A DNA stretch of 38,597 nucleotides from Theionarchaea archaeon (lineage in GTDB: Archaea > Methanobacteriota_B > Thermococci > Methanofastidiosales > SZ-28-30): the NCBI GenBank assembly GCA_018992685.1, contig JACVGT010000016.1, positions 1 to 38,597 on the forward strand, written 5' to 3'. The notes below the pieces were generated by a model. It saw nothing but the letters and a program-made list of their open reading frames with translations. It was not told where the DNA came from and did no database searches. The position numbers and the translations under genes are program-made. Below, one piece after another: positions 34,996 to 38,597 of this stretch; position 1 is the stretch's first letter; the number at the start of each line of letters is the position of its first letter.

Positions 34996-37503
34996 ATGGA
35001 TGCAGAGGAATACCTTGAGAAGGGCAATGCCTTTTACAGGCAAAGAGAATACGAAAAAGCACTCAAAGCTTATAATAAGGCTATAAACCTGAAACCTGGA
35101 TTTGCCAAAGCATGGAATAACAAAGGATTCGTTCTTCGAGTTCTCAAGAGATATGATGAGGCACTCAAAGCCTACAACACGGCTATAAACCTAGATCCTG
35201 AATTTACTGAGGCATGGCAAAACAAAGGTACTTTTCTCTACAGTCTCGGAAGACATGAGGAGGCACTGGAAGCGTATGATAGGGCTATAGAACTGGATCC
35301 AAGACATACGAAGGCTTGGAATGGCAAAGTACTCGTTCTCCGTAGTCGTGGAAGACATAATGAGGCATTGAAAGTCCTCGACACGGCTATCAGACTGAAT
35401 CCAGAGAATGCCGATCTTTGGAATGGAAAAGGTATGGTTCTCGCTGACCGTGAGAGATATGATGAGGCACTGGAAGCGTATGATAGGGCTATAGAACTGA
35501 ATCCCATATTCGTTGAAGCCTGGTGCAACAAGGGGACAGCCCTTCAAACTCTTGAAAGATATGATGAGGCACTGGAAGCGTATGATAGGGCTATAGAACT
35601 GAATCCCATATTCGTTGAAGCCTGGTGCAACAAGGGGACAGCCCTTCAAACTCTTGAAAGATATGAGGAAGCACTGGAAGTCCTCGACACGGCTATCAGA
35701 CTGAATCCAGAGAATGCCGATCTTTGGAACGGAAAAGGCATGGTCTTTGAGGACCTCGGAATGTATGATGAGGCGCTGGAAGCGTATGATAGAGCTATAG
35801 AACTGGATCCCATATTCGTTGAAGCCTGGTGCAACAAGGGGACAGCCCTTCAAACTCTTGAAAGATATGAGGAGGCACTGGAAGCGTATGATAGAGCTAT
35901 AGAACTGGATCCCATATTCGTTGAAGCCTGGTACAACAAAGGTACGGCTTATGAAGACCTCGGAATGTATGATGAGGCACTGGAAGCGTATGATAGGGCT
36001 ATAGAACTGGAACCAGAATTGATTGAAGCTCAGGTTAACAGAGGTATGGTCTTTCAGAACCTCGAAATGTATGATGAGGCACTGGAAGCGTATGATAGAG
36101 CTATAGAACTTAAACCAGAGCACATTCAGGCTTGGATTAACAAAGGATTCGTCCTTCGAATCCTCAAGAGATACGATGAGGCCTTACGGGCATATGAAAG
36201 AGCAATCAAACTGAACCCCGACGTTGTCATTTCTTGGAATGGAAAGGGTGTGGTCTTGAACGATCTTGGGAGATTTGATGAGGCATTAAGGGCATATGAC
36301 AAAGCCATCAAAAAGGATGGCGGGCATCCAATAGTCTTGTACAACAAAGGCGTTGTCCTCAATACCCTTGGGAGATATGATAAAGCACTGGAAGCGTATG
36401 ATAGGGCCGTGAAACTAAACCCCGGGAATGCTACTGCTTGGAATGGAAAGGGCGTTGTCTTTCGCAACCTCAAGAGATATGATGAAGCATTGGGTGCATT
36501 TGAGAAGGCTATTCGGCTTTTCGAAAAGAACGATGATCAAAGTCCAGAAAAGGCTTTTCCTCATGCAAATCTGGGAGAACTCTTCCTAGCTCACGGAGAT
36601 TTCTGGAATGCCCGAAAGCAGGCAAACAAGGCACTTGAGATCGACAGAGAGAATTCTCTCGCCCTATTGATAAGGGGAAGAATTGAGCTTGAAGATGGAA
36701 AGTATGACTGTGCAGCTGACTTTTTTGAAGACTCAATATGCTCCAGCTTAGGTGATCCCACTCCTCTTATTTGGACCTCCTATGCCAAATACCTCAAAGC
36801 GGAGTCTTCCTTCAAGCCAGAGGAAATGGCATATAAAGAAGAAATCCTTTTCATTATAAGAGAGCTAGAGAGATCAAATGTGATTTGTAAAGAGTATAGG
36901 AAAAGAGAGCTGCAGATCTGTACTTTGTATCTCTTGGGTTATTTCTACTATAAGAATGGGGACATTTTCACAGCAAAAGAAAAACTTGTAGAATGTATCA
37001 AGCTCGAATCCAGGATCCAGAAACTCAAAGAGCTCGTAAAGTCGAAATTCAGGAAAGATGAGTTCAGGGGACTAATTACGCCAAAGTCCCCTATAGAAAG
37101 GAGAGCACGTGAACTCCTTAACACTATCTGGAGATACAAGATTAGACCCTCATGGTGGGATTGGTGGCTATCCTCCCCATTCAATTGCTGGAAAAAAAGG
37201 ATTTTATTCATTCTTTTCTTGCTCCCGATTTTTTCAGTTTTGCTCCGTTCACTTGTCCCTAGCCATCCCATGATTTCATACTATCTTGGAAACATCCCTG
37301 TCATGAACAAAGATAATTGGACCATCTACTTTGCCATAATCTCATTCTTCCTCGTTTTTCTCCTATTGCCAAGTATCGAAAAAGTAAAAGTCCAGGAAGT
37401 CGAAGCAGAATTAGGTTCCCCACCCAGCTTTGAAGTCTTTCTTTCACCTCCAATGATGGAGAACTATCTGACTCCGGGAAGACAGGGGAATAATGTCACT
37501 TGA
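34996..37503 (+). CDS. Large tetratricopeptide-repeat protein with C-terminal membrane segments
   Basis: About 16-17 34-aa TPR units (AW.NKG..L..L.RY.EAL.AYD.AI.L.P) and two hydrophobic helices near the C-terminus. Confidence 0.93.
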   Translation: MDAEEYLEKGNAFYRQREYEKALKAYNKAINLKPGFAKAWNNKGFVLRVLKRYDEALKAYNTAINLDPEFTEAWQNKGTFLYSLGRHEEALEAYDRAIELDPRHTKAWNGKVLVLRSRGRHNEALKVLDTAIRLNPENADLWNGKGMVLADRERYDEALEAYDRAIELNPIFVEAWCNKGTALQTLERYDEALEAYDRAIELNPIFVEAWCNKGTALQTLERYEEALEVLDTAIRLNPENADLWNGKGMVFEDLGMYDEALEAYDRAIELDPIFVEAWCNKGTALQTLERYEEALEAYDRAIELDPIFVEAWYNKGTAYEDLGMYDEALEAYDRAIELEPELIEAQVNRGMVFQNLEMYDEALEAYDRAIELKPEHIQAWINKGFVLRILKRYDEALRAYERAIKLNPDVVISWNGKGVVLNDLGRFDEALRAYDKAIKKDGGHPIVLYNKGVVLNTLGRYDKALEAYDRAVKLNPGNATAWNGKGVVFRNLKRYDEALGAFEKAIRLFEKNDDQSPEKAFPHANLGELFLAHGDFWNARKQANKALEIDRENSLALLIRGRIELEDGKYDCAADFFEDSICSSLGDPTPLIWTSYAKYLKAESSFKPEEMAYKEEILFIIRELERSNVICKEYRKRELQICTLYLLGYFYYKNGDIFTAKEKLVECIKLESRIQKLKELVKSKFRKDEFRGLITPKSPIERRARELLNTIWRYKIRPSWWDWWLSSPFNCWKKRILFILFLLPIFSVLLRSLVPSHPMISYYLGNIPVMNKDNWTIYFAIISFFLVFLLLPSIEKVKVQEVEAELGSPPSFEVFLSPPMMENYLTPGRQGNNVT
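35374..36110 (+). repeat. 102-bp tandem TPR-coding repeats with a 306-bp higher-order duplication
   Basis: 35461-35562 and 35563-35664 are identical 102-mers. GTCCTCGACACGGCTATCAGACTGAATCCAGAGAATGCCGATCTTTGGAA occurs at 35374 and 35680, 306 bp apart. Confidence 0.9.
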
Positions 37504-37519
37504 TCACTTAGAAACATTA

Positions 37520-38395
37520 TCATTGCCTCAGACTTGTGAGCTGTGCACTCACGTCCCACAGATTCTTCCACACCTCTCTATCATAGGATTTCTCAGAAGA
37601 TTTCACCTCACCCGCTCGCTCATCAAAATATCTACCTGATACGCCCTCCATTTCAGGCGCTGTGACAAGGTGAACATATGTCTTTGCCATCTCCTCAGGT
37701 GTTATTCCAAACGACCTTTTCATCCTGTATGCGTAGCGCATATGCCAGGGCAGATCTCCTGTACGGTCCAGATCTACCTTCACATTCGGAACCCGTATAC
37801 AGTTCACTGAAACACCAGTTCCTTCTAACCTGCGAGCCAGTTCATAGGTGAACATGATCTGAGCCAATTTGGAGTGATAGTATGCATGAGAATAGTTGAA
37901 CTTCTTCTGGCCATTCAGATTGTCGAATTCAATGGCCAGCCATGGATGGGTTATGAGCCCTTTCGATGCAATATTGACAATGCGGGAGGGTGCACTTCCT
38001 TTCAGAATGTCCAGCAGCAAATTCGTCAGCAGAAAAGGACCCAGATGGTTGGTGGCGAAGATAACTTCTATTCCATCTTCAGTGGAGACGGGTTTTTTCA
38101 GAGTATAGTCAAAATTCGCAGCATTATTGATCAAGCTGTGAAGATGATCATACGAACTGCTGAAAGTCTTCACAAGCTGTCGTATGGACTTCTGCGAGGA
38201 AAGATCTGCCAATAATAGATCAACACGATCATTGCCACTGTTCTTCCTGATCTCGGACAGAGCAGTCTGTCCCCGTGATTTGTTTCGGCAAACCATGACA
38301 ACGGTCATTCCCAATTGGGCAAGCTGCAGAGCTGCTTGCTTACCGATTCCTGAATTGGCGCCTGTGATCATGCACACGTTCCTTGTGAACTCCAT
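37520..38395 (-). CDS. Short-chain dehydrogenase/reductase (retinol dehydrogenase-like)
   Basis: ITGANSGIG, NNAA, NHLGPFLLTNLL and YYHSK (YxxxK) motifs. Start likely ATG 38395 since a TATA-like element overlaps 38428. Confidence 0.92.
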   Translation of the reverse strand: MEFTRNVCMITGANSGIGKQAALQLAQLGMTVVMVCRNKSRGQTALSEIRKNSGNDRVDLLLADLSSQKSIRQLVKTFSSSYDHLHSLINNAANFDYTLKKPVSTEDGIEVIFATNHLGPFLLTNLLLDILKGSAPSRIVNIASKGLITHPWLAIEFDNLNGQKKFNYSHAYYHSKLAQIMFTYELARRLEGTGVSVNCIRVPNVKVDLDRTGDLPWHMRYAYRMKRSFGITPEEMAKTYVHLVTAPEMEGVSGRYFDERAGEVKSSEKSYDREVWKNLWDVSAQLTSLRQ

Positions 38396-38434
38396 TTCAG
38401 TCACGGATACTGAAAGTCTTGGGTGCATATAAAC

Positions 38435-38596
38435 CTAGCATGCCTGGAACATGGAGTGGGTTGTGTGCAGCCGGAGTTCTTCTCTGGCTTCATCGCACAC
38501 AACAGTATTCTCAATCATTTCTGCTGTGGATGGACCAGTGTCAACCTCATGCAACTCATTAAAGTCCCTCTGAATGTCAGGGCTGCTGCCTTGGCC
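38435..38596 (-). CDS. Possible 3' end of a gene starting beyond the window
   Basis: Open frame GQGSSPDIQRDFNELHEV...FQAC* running from the window edge. No recognisable motif. Confidence 0.3.
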   Translation of the reverse strand, partial: GQGSSPDIQRDFNELHEVDTGPSTAEMIENTVVCDEAREELRLHTTHSMFQAC

Positions 38597-38597
38597 A

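Noticed and set aside
35374-36110. Regular repeats as a possible CRISPR array
   Set aside because: Units are in-frame 102-bp coding repeats with no unique spacers, and there are no cas genes.
35191-36123. 310-aa repetitive ORF on the minus strand
   Set aside because: It is the antisense shadow of the TPR repeats, and repetition explains the lack of stops.
33218-38597. Integrated element downstream of the tRNA
   Set aside because: No integrase, no duplicated tRNA 3' end, and housekeeping genes follow directly.

Overview
This is a gene-dense archaeal chromosome segment. It has TATA-box promoters, GGTGA/AGGAGG Shine-Dalgarno motifs, an HMf-type histone, TFE, aTrm56, RaSEA, a Thermococcales-style three-subunit RPA operon and an initiator tRNA-Met. 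That content fits a Thermococci-related euryarchaeon such as Theionarchaea or Methanofastidiosa; this is inference only. I call about 42 CDS and one tRNA, and saw no rRNA, CRISPR array, transposase or integrase. The best candidates for an undescribed system are (i) a tightly linked calcineurin-like phosphoesterase, Pol-beta-type nucleotidyltransferase and nitroreductase operon (8009-10403) resembling a nucleotide writer/eraser module, and (ii) a coupled ahcY, APH-like kinase and APS-kinase-like operon (3578-6495). Also notable are three PaaK/CapK-type adenylating enzymes, a likely ATC start codon, a multi-hairpin non-coding stretch near 10.8-11.2 kb, a secreted caspase-fold protease, a DUF4430/ECF S-component pair and a recently expanded TPR array. 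Many starts were moved from the ORF track using SD/TATA position and family N-termini. All family calls come from motif recognition, not database searches.
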